A stretch of 64,000 nt of DNA from a bacterium (GTDB taxonomy: Bacteria > Bacteroidota > Bacteroidia > Cytophagales > Cyclobacteriaceae). Shown here piece after piece: positions 1 to 9,316 of this stretch (position 1 is its first letter; each line of letters starts with the position of its first letter). The notes under the pieces were generated by a model. The model was not told where the DNA came from. It saw only the letters and a program-made list of their open reading frames with translations, and did no database searches. A program made the position numbers and the translations under genes. Location of the stretch: contig JANSWY010000006.1 in NCBI GenBank assembly GCA_024743255.1, forward strand, positions 11,610 to 75,609, read 5' to 3'.

Positions 1-464
1 CCCATAAATTGAAACTGGTAATTGAGCTGTCTAAGGAACATTTTGTTACTAACCAAACTGTTATATTCCTTCACCAACGACTTCAAAGGAGCTAACCTAA
101 CATCAGGGTGACCATCGTTAAAACCAAACCTTAATGAATATTCAGGAGTAAACTCAGGTGCAACTGGTGCAGACGCATTATCCAGAAGTTTAGAAGCCTG
201 TACAATTGGCAGGTCTTTGTTAACATAAGTTCCAGATCCTGTTTTGGTCTCTGCCCATCCCTGTACAATTAACTCGTCGTATGCCGCTATAACTGTCTTC
301 CTATGTATGTTAAGTACCTCAGAAAGTTTCCTTGAGCTTGGAAGCCTCATACCAGGAGCCAATGTTCCCTCAGTCATTAACTGAATAAGTCTATTAGACA
401 CTTGTAAGTACAAAGGAGTGTCCCTATCAGGGTGTAATTGAATAAGGGTAGAATAAGGCAACAT
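1..464 (-). CDS. MocR/GntR-family transcriptional regulator, N-terminal part (gene runs off the window edge)
   Basis: Reverse-strand ORF starts at the ATG whose complement is at 462-464 and has no stop through position 1. Translation MLPYSTLIQLHPDRDTPLYLQVSNRLIQLMTEGTLAPGMRLPSSRKLSEVLNIHRKTVIAAYDELIVQGWAETKTGSGTYV is a classic GntR winged-HTH. It continues into an aminotransferase-like region, which is the MocR architecture. Confidence 0.6.
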   Translation of the reverse strand, partial: MLPYSTLIQLHPDRDTPLYLQVSNRLIQLMTEGTLAPGMRLPSSRKLSEVLNIHRKTVIAAYDELIVQGWAETKTGSGTYVNKDLPIVQASKLLDNASAPVAPEFTPEYSLRFGFNDGHPDVRLAPLKSLVKEYNSLVSNKMFLRQLNYQFQFM

Positions 465-544
465 AAATTGGTCCGTCCATTGATTTAAAATTGGACTATA
501 AAAGTAGTCCAATTTTATTTTACATTTGAAGAAAACGTCGAATA

Positions 545-1012
545 ATGTTAAACATAGCCCCTACCTCAAGTGAGGATTTGCCTTCTATAGTAGCTATGGA
601 AGCGCATGAAGACAACAAGCAATACATATTCCCATATGCTATTGAGAGACACCAAAAGGTGATTGACAACCATGATGAATATCACCTGAAGCTAGAAGAT
701 CAACAAGATGGACTGGTTGGGTTTGCAATCATGGTAGAATCCGACATGGAAACTGACTCATTAGAGTTCAGAAGACTGGTGATTCAGAAAAAGGGACATG
801 GGTACGGAAGAACCGCGATCAAGTGGGTAAAGAGGTACTGTTTTGAAGAGAAGCGGTATAAAAAACTTTGGTTAGATGTATTAGATACCAATACTAAAGC
901 TCAACAGCTCTATTTGTCCGAAGGGTTTAAGGAAAGCTTCCGAACCAGAGAATTCATCAACGGTGAATGGAAGAATCTTATAGTAATGACAATTGTAAAA
1001 GATCAAAAATGA
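545..1012 (+). CDS. GNAT-family N-acetyltransferase
   Basis: 155-aa ORF with the acetyl-CoA binding-like motif QKKGHGYGRTAIKWVKRY, typical of the GNAT fold. Confidence 0.55.
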   Translation: MLNIAPTSSEDLPSIVAMEAHEDNKQYIFPYAIERHQKVIDNHDEYHLKLEDQQDGLVGFAIMVESDMETDSLEFRRLVIQKKGHGYGRTAIKWVKRYCFEEKRYKKLWLDVLDTNTKAQQLYLSEGFKESFRTREFINGEWKNLIVMTIVKDQK

Positions 1013-1641
1013 AAGATAAAACCAAAGTAAAAAGAGTTCCCAAAAGAGGCCATTACGATAGTGAAACTATCCACAACATTCTAGACAAGGACTTCCTGTG
1101 TCATGTGGGATTTGTTCATGAAGGATACCCGGTGGTTATTCCAACACTTTATGGACGAGATGGAGATAAACTCTACATTCATGGGTCAATGGCCAGTAGA
1201 ATGATGAAAGACCTGGAAAAAGGAATTGAACTGAGTTTATCAGTTACCATGGTCAATGGTCTTGTACTTGCAAGGTCAGCATTTCACCATTCTGTTAACT
1301 ATGAATCGGTCGTTCTATTTGGAACAGCCTCATTAGTGGATAATGAAAATGAAAAAATGAGAGCTCTTGAAATTATTACAGATCATGTTTTAAAAAACAG
1401 ATGGAAAGAGACTAGAATTCCAAATCAAAAAGAATTGAAAGGAACCATGGTATTGAGTATTCCTTTGGATGCAGCATCTGCTAAAATAAGAACAGGAGGA
1501 CCTATTGATGATAAGGAGGATATGGATTTAGGGATTTGGGCAGGAACAATTCCAATCCATAAAACCTATGGAAGCCCAATAAAAGATGAATTAATGGATC
1601 CGGATATCACCACTCCCGAGTCTGTGAAAGCTATTATCTAA
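1009..1641 (+). CDS. Pyridoxamine 5'-phosphate oxidase-like FMN-binding (split-barrel) protein
   Basis: ORF track starts at 967. An internal ATG at 1009 overlaps the upstream stop (ATGA coupling), so the start was moved there. Sequence RGHYDSETIHNILDKDFLCHVGFVHEGYPVVIPTLYGRDGDKLYIHGS resembles the PNPOx-like / general stress protein 26 family. Confidence 0.5.
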   Translation: MKDKTKVKRVPKRGHYDSETIHNILDKDFLCHVGFVHEGYPVVIPTLYGRDGDKLYIHGSMASRMMKDLEKGIELSLSVTMVNGLVLARSAFHHSVNYESVVLFGTASLVDNENEKMRALEIITDHVLKNRWKETRIPNQKELKGTMVLSIPLDAASAKIRTGGPIDDKEDMDLGIWAGTIPIHKTYGSPIKDELMDPDITTPESVKAII

Positions 1642-1679
1642 TCCCAATATTTTCTTAGATTAGTGGCAAAAATTCCTGA

Positions 1680-2279
1680 ATGAAAAAGAAACTAAGAGAT
1701 CTCGGATTAGATTTACTGGTAGTATTCATAGGTGTTTTTGCCGCTTTTCAATTGAGTGACATCAAAGATTCCAGAAAAGACAGAACCACCAAGCTCAAAT
1801 ACTTCGAAAGCTTCAAAATGGAGTTAACCAACGTGAATAATGATGTTCTGGCTCTTAAGGATAGCATTGATAACATCATCAGTTATTATGAAGAAGGAAT
1901 TTCAAGAAATGAGAAACCGGAATTGATTGTAAGAAGAAACATGTTCTTCATGGCTAAACCACATATTGTGGAATCTGCATTTGATTCTGATATATTCAGC
2001 AACATGCATCCTGGATACCTTGTTAGTATCAGTCGTGGCTCAAACTTATTCTATTGGATTGATCAGAAGCTTAAGAATTATGACTCCCGATGTAAGGATT
2101 TATTGTATAACTCTGATGTGGATTCAGATTACTACTACAACAAGAACGGATTAAAAACTCAATTTAAGTGGTATCTTGACGATCTTAAAGAATTGAGTGT
2201 GCTATTAGGTTCACTCAACCAATCGATTGAGCAAGGAGCTATCCCTGGTACGGAACGGCAAATTGAAAGTATGAAATAA
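1680..2279 (+). CDS. Hypothetical protein with N-terminal transmembrane anchor
   Basis: 199-aa ORF with N-terminal hydrophobic helix LGLDLLVVFIGVFAAF. No recognisable domain. Confidence 0.35.
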   Translation: MKKKLRDLGLDLLVVFIGVFAAFQLSDIKDSRKDRTTKLKYFESFKMELTNVNNDVLALKDSIDNIISYYEEGISRNEKPELIVRRNMFFMAKPHIVESAFDSDIFSNMHPGYLVSISRGSNLFYWIDQKLKNYDSRCKDLLYNSDVDSDYYYNKNGLKTQFKWYLDDLKELSVLLGSLNQSIEQGAIPGTERQIESMK

Positions 2280-2663
2280 GAACTGGACTAAACCAATCCC
2301 AATTTCATCTTAACCACAAAAACTACTCTTTTTGGAATTGATACGATAGAGTGGGCGATAATATTAACTATGTTTTCGATAACTGACATTTTTCTAGCTG
2401 TTTAGTGTAGTACTAAATAACGGGTTTTCCAGCTCAATTCCACATGCCATTCGACGAACCGGAATAAATCACTATTGATTGGGAATAATTCATCGATAAA
2501 TCAGGGTAGGGAAATACGGCCTATCTCTGTCTATTCACAGAAATCATCAATTGTAGACATTTTAGACTAACAATTGTTAGTAAAATAGTTCCTGAAAAAT
2601 GATTAAATTATTATATTGACAGGCAGAAACAACAATTTTTTATACCCAAAAATAGATTAGGAG

Positions 2664-2966
2664 ATGATACAGGCGATTCTCAAGGAACATTACATCTACA
2701 GTGATCAATATGGACCTAGACAAGGAGTGAAAGAGGAAGTATTAGAAACCAGATACTTCAGCAGTGAAGAAAAGTTTAAGCAGTGGTATAATTCGTTCAA
2801 GGATAAGTTATGGGAAGATGTCCCAGGCTCAAAGGATTTGTGTGAAGGAATCTTTGTAGAGAAACATTATATCCCAATGGACAATATGGCTCCTCCAAAA
2901 GAACTTCAAAAACATGCCACTTTCAGAAAGGGCGTTTCAAGATACTACGCAAATATTCACGATTAA
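2664..2966 (+). CDS. Hypothetical small protein
   Basis: 100-aa ORF with ATG start, followed by a hairpin plus T-tract. Confidence 0.3.
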   Translation: MIQAILKEHYIYSDQYGPRQGVKEEVLETRYFSSEEKFKQWYNSFKDKLWEDVPGSKDLCEGIFVEKHYIPMDNMAPPKELQKHATFRKGVSRYYANIHD

Positions 2967-2969
2967 AGG

Positions 2970-3000
2970 ATAAGGTCAGCAATGCTGGCCTTTTTATTTT
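2970..3000 (+). terminator. Putative Rho-independent terminator (possibly bidirectional, overlaps the CotH stop)
   Basis: ggtcagcaatgctggcc hairpin followed by tttttatttt. Confidence 0.4.
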
Positions 3001-4505
3001 ACCACCAACTTCCTGGCAACACCATTATTCAACAAAACCATATAAAGTCCCGGCTGAGGACTTGTTGAAAACATTACAGAATGCTCACCATAACTCAGTT
3101 CTTGGACTTCAAATCCTATTGACCCACCCCTGCTGTCTATTATTTCGACTGGCTCGACATCTCCAATTATTAAAAACCGATTGTTTATTAATGGATTTGG
3201 AAAGAGAGAAAACTCATTCAGTTCCTGATCTGAATCTGTAATGGTAATTCCAGCTATCTGATCTTCGGTCATTTCTATTCTTCTTTCTATGAAATTCTCT
3301 ATTCCATACGGCAAGTGATTAGCAACAAAATTCTCGGAGTATGCATCTTCAAAATCCTCAATATCAAACCCAAATGTTAAAGGATAGTAAACATCAGCTG
3401 CCATTGATGGTCTCAATACCGAAGGATAATTATTCAGAATAGGTTGAAAATAATTAACGCTAAAAGTGGTTTCAAGAAGATTTCTTAATTCTCGAACATA
3501 CTGAATGAAGAATGCTTCATTCTCCAACATCCTGGTCACCAGGGGTCTTGGATCACCATGTTTAGGCCAATCCAACACATCTCTTTCTGCCCAATCCCGG
3601 TTAACCCAATCAATACCAAATGTATTATCAACATCGTATGGAATAAACTCTATTAATCCATTTTCGGGATTTTCATATAAGTAAAAGTTATTCTTGTTAT
3701 AACTATAACCATCCCAATGTCCAACCAGCGCCTCTACAGCAAAATATCTGATCAAGCCATCAACATTAATGGTTCTTTCCATTTCGAACGGAAAGGTCGT
3801 TGAACCTGAATTATTTAAGACCCGAACAAAGTTCTCCAGCACTGCCCGATTGTTTTCTTCTTCATTGGTCTTCAATTCATATGTCCAATCGTTCCAGATA
3901 GTTCCATTATCTTCCAAAGTGGCACCCCAATAACATTTATAAATGTTGCCATTGTCATTACCAAATCGCAATTCCACAAATTCATCATCAATTTGCTCCA
4001 CATTTAAATAAAGTCCCATATACTCCTCGTTGATGTATAACTCCACATGAGAAGATCTTGCGGCTGGAATGTTAGCTTTTCTGAAAACCTGTAGAGCCAA
4101 ATGCTCCCTTAGCATGCTCGGATCATTGTTCTCAGCTTTTAGATTGAATTTCTTAAGATCATGAAATTTGGGACCACCGAATTCCCGAAAGTCAATTTTA
4201 AAGGATCTTTTAGGTTGATATCTTGAAGTATTGCCCCTTAGACGAATTCCAACGTTTTGAGCCAATTCATTTACTTCTGAATTAACGAAATGGAAATCAC
4301 ACTGTAAATACACATTGCTGTCTACATTTTCATCAGCCAATAAAAACTGTTTATCAGCTTCGTCCATAGTAATTCTAATCGTAGCAACTTCTCCCGACTT
4401 ATATATCTCATTATCAGCTGGATTAACATTTTGTGCAAATGTTGAGGCAACCTGTAGTAGGACAAGAAGCATTATAGTAATGCGTGCAGCCATGTTATTC
4501 TTCAT
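2994..4505 (-). CDS. CotH-family (atypical kinase-like) secreted protein with T9SS C-terminal sorting domain
   Basis: Signal peptide MKNNMAARITIMLLVLLQVASTFAQ. CotH hallmark block NNFYLYENPENGLIEFIPYDVDNTFG. C-terminal roughly 80 aa (…GEHSVMFSTSPQPGLYMVLLNNGVARKLVVK) looks like a Por/T9SS secretion tail. Confidence 0.7.
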   Translation of the reverse strand: MKNNMAARITIMLLVLLQVASTFAQNVNPADNEIYKSGEVATIRITMDEADKQFLLADENVDSNVYLQCDFHFVNSEVNELAQNVGIRLRGNTSRYQPKRSFKIDFREFGGPKFHDLKKFNLKAENNDPSMLREHLALQVFRKANIPAARSSHVELYINEEYMGLYLNVEQIDDEFVELRFGNDNGNIYKCYWGATLEDNGTIWNDWTYELKTNEEENNRAVLENFVRVLNNSGSTTFPFEMERTINVDGLIRYFAVEALVGHWDGYSYNKNNFYLYENPENGLIEFIPYDVDNTFGIDWVNRDWAERDVLDWPKHGDPRPLVTRMLENEAFFIQYVRELRNLLETTFSVNYFQPILNNYPSVLRPSMAADVYYPLTFGFDIEDFEDAYSENFVANHLPYGIENFIERRIEMTEDQIAGITITDSDQELNEFSLFPNPLINNRFLIIGDVEPVEIIDSRGGSIGFEVQELSYGEHSVMFSTSPQPGLYMVLLNNGVARKLVVK

Positions 4506-4687
4506 TTTTTACATTCCTGCCAAATATAACAAGTGCCGCAACTAATTCATTCTATGGTCACCCCTGCCAGGTGATTTAATTGTAAAATTTTGTAAAATCG
4601 GACTCAATAGAAATGTAATTTCAAAGTTACCTTAGTGTTAACTTAAAATTAAACTATCTTCAAGTCCCGAAAATGAAGTAACTAATA

Positions 4688-5950
4688 ATGGTATTTAAAA
4701 TGAGTGCAGTAAAAAACCTTGCGCTGGTCGCAGGTATGTTCGTTTTCGTGTTTTTAATTTCATGTGGTAAAGATGACGATTCACCTCCAGTAGATTCAGA
4801 TATTGAATTATTCATCAACGAAATTCATCCAACAGGTGGACCCGATTGGTTAGAGATATACAATCCTGGAAACTCAGAGATTGATTTGACAGGCTTTTTC
4901 ATTTACGATGATGCTGATAATAAATATGAAGTTCCAAGTGGAATAACCATTCCTGCCTCTGGGTTCTTAGTTTTCATTTGTGATGATCAAGGCACTGGTG
5001 TTAATACTAACTTCAGATTATCATCAGGAGGAGAAACTGTGACTTTAGAATCAGATATCGGTGAGTTGATTGATCAGGTTGCTTTCCCGGAAATTGCAGA
5101 TGGAGCAGTATATGCAAGATTTGGAGATGGAGAAGCAAACTTTCAGATATCAAGTAATCCCACACAAGGTTCATCAAATGGTACCTCTCCCAACGTAGCG
5201 ATAAATAGTGTAAGTCAAGATCCTGAAGTAGTTACTCTCAATGATGATGTAACTATAACTGTAACCCTCTCTTCCTCCGCAATTAGCGATATCGAAATTG
5301 TCTACACAGTGGATTCTGGTACTGAGCAAACTATAGACATGGCCAATTCTGGCACTCAGGAGTATTCAGCTTCGATTCCAGCATTAAACGGAGCTGGTGA
5401 AGTCAATTACTTTATCAGAGTTACTGACAATGAAAATTTTGAATCCAGAAGCCCTTCTGACAGTGAGGAATTCTACAATTATATAGTGACTACCGATGAA
5501 TTACCAGAACTTTATATCAACGAGTTTATGGCTTCCAACAGCTCCTGTTGCCCAGATACAGATGGTGAAGAAGCTGAGTTTGATGACTGGATAGAAATCT
5601 ACAATGCAAGTTCAGAAGCAGTTGATATTGGTGGCTTTTACATAACCGATAATATCGACGATCCATTCAGCTTCCAGATACCCGACGACCAACCTTCATT
5701 AACAACAATTCCTGCTGGTGGCTTCATCGTATTATGGGCCGACAATGATGAAGATCAGGGGCCTTTGCATTTGGGATTTGGACTTAGTGCCGATGGAGAG
5801 GATATCAGCTTAAATTATATTGATGGGCGTACCATCGATTCTCATAGTTTTAGTGTCCAGACTACAGATGTTTCTCAAGGAAGAATCACTGATGGAGGAG
5901 ACACATGGACTTCTTTCACCACTCCTACTCAAGGTGCAAGTAATAATTAA
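4688..5950 (+). CDS. Lipoprotein with two lamin-tail (LTD) domains
   Basis: Lipobox-like FLISCG. Two copies of the LTD-type block: ELFINEIHPTGGPDWLEIYNPGNSEIDLTGFFIYDD and ELYINEFMASNS…DDWIEIYNASSEAVDIGGFYITDN. LTD proteins are commonly encoded next to CotH. Confidence 0.55.
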   Translation: MVFKMSAVKNLALVAGMFVFVFLISCGKDDDSPPVDSDIELFINEIHPTGGPDWLEIYNPGNSEIDLTGFFIYDDADNKYEVPSGITIPASGFLVFICDDQGTGVNTNFRLSSGGETVTLESDIGELIDQVAFPEIADGAVYARFGDGEANFQISSNPTQGSSNGTSPNVAINSVSQDPEVVTLNDDVTITVTLSSSAISDIEIVYTVDSGTEQTIDMANSGTQEYSASIPALNGAGEVNYFIRVTDNENFESRSPSDSEEFYNYIVTTDELPELYINEFMASNSSCCPDTDGEEAEFDDWIEIYNASSEAVDIGGFYITDNIDDPFSFQIPDDQPSLTTIPAGGFIVLWADNDEDQGPLHLGFGLSADGEDISLNYIDGRTIDSHSFSVQTTDVSQGRITDGGDTWTSFTTPTQGASNN

Positions 5951-5955
5951 GATTT

Positions 5956-6633
5956 ATGTTTGAATTATTCCCGGACCAACCTGTAAGCGAATTCCCAACA
6001 TTGATCAATGTGATCTATGCCATGATATGGGCATTTGTTTTGGCTTCCTTGATTGCGATTACTCATAAATTAACTTTCAAGGGAAAGCAATATCCTTCAA
6101 ACTTCTTTCAGGCTCTTGTACTTGGGGCAATTGTTACTTCAATGGTGATGATGGCCGTTGGTGATAGTCTGGCGCGAGGACTTGGTGTATTTGGTGCTAT
6201 GGCCATTATTAGGTTCCGAACCAGAATTGAAGATCCAAGAAATGTGCTATTTCTATTTGCTGCATTGAGTGTTGGTTTGGCAATCGGGGTTTATGGGTAC
6301 ACCATAGCATTTGCCGGAACTGTTGTTTTCTGTGCAGTTTCATTTCTGTTACATTTCTCAGGGTTTCAAATGAATGGACAGAGAGGAAAGATCAACTTCA
6401 CGCTATTGAATTCTTCAGAGTTACCTGGTGTACTGAACATCGCAAAAGAATATTGCTCAGAACTCCATAATGTGAATATGACTGCTGATTCCAGAGAAGA
6501 CAGAGGGATTGTTAAGTATCAATATCAGTTTACACTGGGTAAAGGAAAAAGCAAGGATGACCTTTTTCAAAGACTTCAGGATAACACTCCTGTTATTCAA
6601 TTAAGAATTTCAATGGATAACGATCTTAACTAG
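5956..6633 (+). CDS. DUF4956-like integral membrane protein
   Basis: Multi-TM protein with the conserved AIIRFRTRIEDPRN block. DUF4956 genes are known neighbours of CotH and VTC genes. Confidence 0.5.
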   Translation: MFELFPDQPVSEFPTLINVIYAMIWAFVLASLIAITHKLTFKGKQYPSNFFQALVLGAIVTSMVMMAVGDSLARGLGVFGAMAIIRFRTRIEDPRNVLFLFAALSVGLAIGVYGYTIAFAGTVVFCAVSFLLHFSGFQMNGQRGKINFTLLNSSELPGVLNIAKEYCSELHNVNMTADSREDRGIVKYQYQFTLGKGKSKDDLFQRLQDNTPVIQLRISMDNDLN

Positions 6634-6640
6634 TGCTGAA

Positions 6641-7612
6641 ATGAGTAAATACGCATCATATTACATTGGTACTGGACTACTTTTCGTGGGTTTGTTGATA
6701 TTCAATGGCTATTTCTTCAGAGGAGGAAAAAAGTATCTTGGAGTTACCTATGCCAAAGAATATAAAGTCACAAGTGATAAATCAGCAACTGTCAAATCGG
6801 TACATGTTGTTCCTGGACAATCCATAAAGAAGGGAGATTTACTGGTGGAACTCACTAATGACGAAGCGCTGATTGAGATCAACAAGCTACAAAACAGGAT
6901 AAGTGCAGCCGTATCTGATAGAGATAGCAAATCAGCTTTAGTGCAGAATAAGTTAGATTACTTAAAAACTCAAAAACAATTAAAGGTTAAAGAAATCAAC
7001 GACGATTTAGCAGAACTGCAGATTGATTTAGCCAATAAATCGAAGCTGCTCAAATCATTGGGAGAGCAACTTGATTCTACTGAGTTCTTGGTCAAATCAA
7101 GATCTCTGGAAGCCAGAAAAAACCTGGAAATAAAGTCATCAAACCTCAAGATCAATGACCTCTCAAATGATCATGATGCTGAGATCAAAACATTAAATAC
7201 CAAGTTGGAACTTCTAGAAAAGGAATTGCAACTACTTTTAGATGAACAGAAGAAAATGAATAAATACGCAGTATTTGATGGTGTTATAGCGAATGTCTAC
7301 ATCAAGCCGACTGAGTTGGTGCCCGCATTTGCTAATCTGGTTTCTATTAATCCTTCAAACCCTACATCTGTTGTCGGCTATTTAAGTACAAACAAAAATG
7401 GATCATCCGAAATTGGTTCAAAAGTCAATGTTGCTTTGTATGATAAGAGAAGTATTCAGTGTGAAGGAACGATAATTGGATTAGGAGCAGTAACAGAGTT
7501 GCCAGATATCTTACAAAAGTCTACTGCTGTAAAAGCGTATGGTCAGGAGGTGTTTGTTCAATTGGAGGGGAACAACCAGTTTACTGTGGGTGAAAAAGTG
7601 GTAATAGAATAG
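6641..7612 (+). CDS. HlyD-family periplasmic adaptor (membrane fusion protein)
   Basis: N-terminal TM helix, biotin-lipoyl-like motif VHVVPGQSIKKGDLLVELTN, long coiled-coil, C-terminal beta-barrel region. Confidence 0.55.
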   Translation: MSKYASYYIGTGLLFVGLLIFNGYFFRGGKKYLGVTYAKEYKVTSDKSATVKSVHVVPGQSIKKGDLLVELTNDEALIEINKLQNRISAAVSDRDSKSALVQNKLDYLKTQKQLKVKEINDDLAELQIDLANKSKLLKSLGEQLDSTEFLVKSRSLEARKNLEIKSSNLKINDLSNDHDAEIKTLNTKLELLEKELQLLLDEQKKMNKYAVFDGVIANVYIKPTELVPAFANLVSINPSNPTSVVGYLSTNKNGSSEIGSKVNVALYDKRSIQCEGTIIGLGAVTELPDILQKSTAVKAYGQEVFVQLEGNNQFTVGEKVVIE

Positions 7613-7613
7613 T

Positions 7614-8822
7614 ATGAAAATCTCCGGTTTGATCATATCAATTCTATTGAGTACTTATTGCTATGCACAAATAAGTACAGACGAATATTTATTGGGAGCG
7701 GCAGAAGAGCTTGGTGTTTTAACCTACCAGGAACAGCTAAACTATTTAAATGATAAGCCTTACAAACTTGCTCCACTGAGAAGAGTGCAGTTTAGAACTG
7801 AGAATGACCAATTGGCTGAAGAGCAGCAGGAATATGCATTGAGAATTCATCCAAGTAATCCCTGGTTAGTTAAAAGAAATAATACACTTTTTGAATCCCA
7901 AAAATCGATACTGGACCTTGAAGCTAATATTGCTTATAAAGAAGAGCTTGTTAAACGATATGAGGATATTATAGATTATTGTTTCCAGAAAAAGGAAGTA
8001 GAACTGGATTCAGCACTGCTTGCCTACCTCAAACAAGAGCACGAAGTATTAATCACCATTACCTCCGACCGAAATTTCAATACGGATAGATTAGTTGATG
8101 TGAAGATAGAATCCCTCGAGCAGCTATTAAAACTGGAAGAAACTCAATCTCAATGGTTGAATACAACCAATAAAATAAGAAGCTCCATAAATACAGAATT
8201 GGCCATTTCATGGACATACGATGATTTAATCAATCCAGATTCCATGAAATATATGATAGACCAATTGAGTAATTCCGCTGATTATTCAGTAGAACTGGAT
8301 TTGCAACAAAGGAAAATTGAGCTGGTTAAGAACGAAATAGCAATAGAGAAATCAATCGACAACCTTGGGTTTATTCAAACCGACTATAATCCATGGCGGA
8401 ACAATGGAAATTTCTTTGGAGTAAGCCTAGGTATAACAGTTCCAATATTCAATCCTAATAAAGCAGATGTTGCTGAAAGGAATTTAGAGCTCATGGAAGA
8501 ACAAAGTGAGTTAGAGCTTGATAAACGAAAGCTAAATGCAGAAAAACAGAATTTGGTAATGAATTTCAATAATACCCATGATCGTTACCAAAAATTCAAG
8601 AATGAGATCAGCACCCTTCTTTCACAGGAAACACTGGATGCATACCTGAAACAAAAAGACCAGAATCCATTAAAAGTTTTGAAGATTAGAAGCACAAAGA
8701 CAAAATTGGACACAAAACTCCTGAAGTATGAACTGGAGCTGTATAAGCTTTATATCCAGACCCTCGCATCATTTGATGTGCTGCAGCAATTACCCTTCAA
8801 AAATCATTTGAGCAGTAACTAA
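7614..8822 (+). CDS. TolC-like outer-membrane efflux protein
   Basis: Signal peptide MKISGLIISILLSTYCYAQ. 402 aa and alpha-helix rich, with the two-repeat architecture typical of the OEP family. Starts 2 nt after the HlyD stop. Confidence 0.45.
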   Translation: MKISGLIISILLSTYCYAQISTDEYLLGAAEELGVLTYQEQLNYLNDKPYKLAPLRRVQFRTENDQLAEEQQEYALRIHPSNPWLVKRNNTLFESQKSILDLEANIAYKEELVKRYEDIIDYCFQKKEVELDSALLAYLKQEHEVLITITSDRNFNTDRLVDVKIESLEQLLKLEETQSQWLNTTNKIRSSINTELAISWTYDDLINPDSMKYMIDQLSNSADYSVELDLQQRKIELVKNEIAIEKSIDNLGFIQTDYNPWRNNGNFFGVSLGITVPIFNPNKADVAERNLELMEEQSELELDKRKLNAEKQNLVMNFNNTHDRYQKFKNEISTLLSQETLDAYLKQKDQNPLKVLKIRSTKTKLDTKLLKYELELYKLYIQTLASFDVLQQLPFKNHLSSN

Positions 8823-9283
8823 TTATCTCCTCCAAACACCATATCAGTACTTGTGTATGAAGTTCCATAAGTTTGGGATAGTCGTGCCACTTGCCTGATA
8901 GCATCTTTAAACTGTTCAACTGTAAGTTCGCCCAGAGGGTGAGTATAAGTAGACCACAGCACATCCTGAAACAAAGAGTATTTTGCGTCAAGTGCTCTAT
9001 CAAAATTTGCTTCAAGTAGTAATTCCAAATCCTGTTGTTTGAGGTCTTTCTTTTCTGCCACTGGAGTTATGATTCGCATCCTGTTGTGAACGCTATCGGT
9101 GATTATAAAAAGTGGCATTTCTTTGTATGTAACCTGCCAGTTTCCAGAGCCACCTTTCACATTTGATGTCTCTCTAAGCAGAATTTTGTTCATCTTTTGA
9201 TTAGTCATTTTATCAAAAGAAGATTGTGATTTTGCGGCCATTGCTACACCACAAAAGACGATGATTAGAATAATTGATCTCAC
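8819..9283 (-). CDS. Hypothetical secreted protein
   Basis: Signal peptide MRSIILIIVFCGVAMAAKSQ. No known domain recognised. Converges on and overlaps the TolC-like stop. Confidence 0.35.
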   Translation of the reverse strand: MRSIILIIVFCGVAMAAKSQSSFDKMTNQKMNKILLRETSNVKGGSGNWQVTYKEMPLFIITDSVHNRMRIITPVAEKKDLKQQDLELLLEANFDRALDAKYSLFQDVLWSTYTHPLGELTVEQFKDAIRQVARLSQTYGTSYTSTDMVFGGDN

Positions 9284-9316
9284 AAGAGTATAGTTATAGT
9301 TCGTCTAGTAAATTAA

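Noticed and set aside
4315-4545. 76-aa plus-strand ORF
   Set aside because: Lies entirely antisense within the well-supported CotH gene. Its composition (Ser/Ala/Cys-rich) is typical of an antisense frame.
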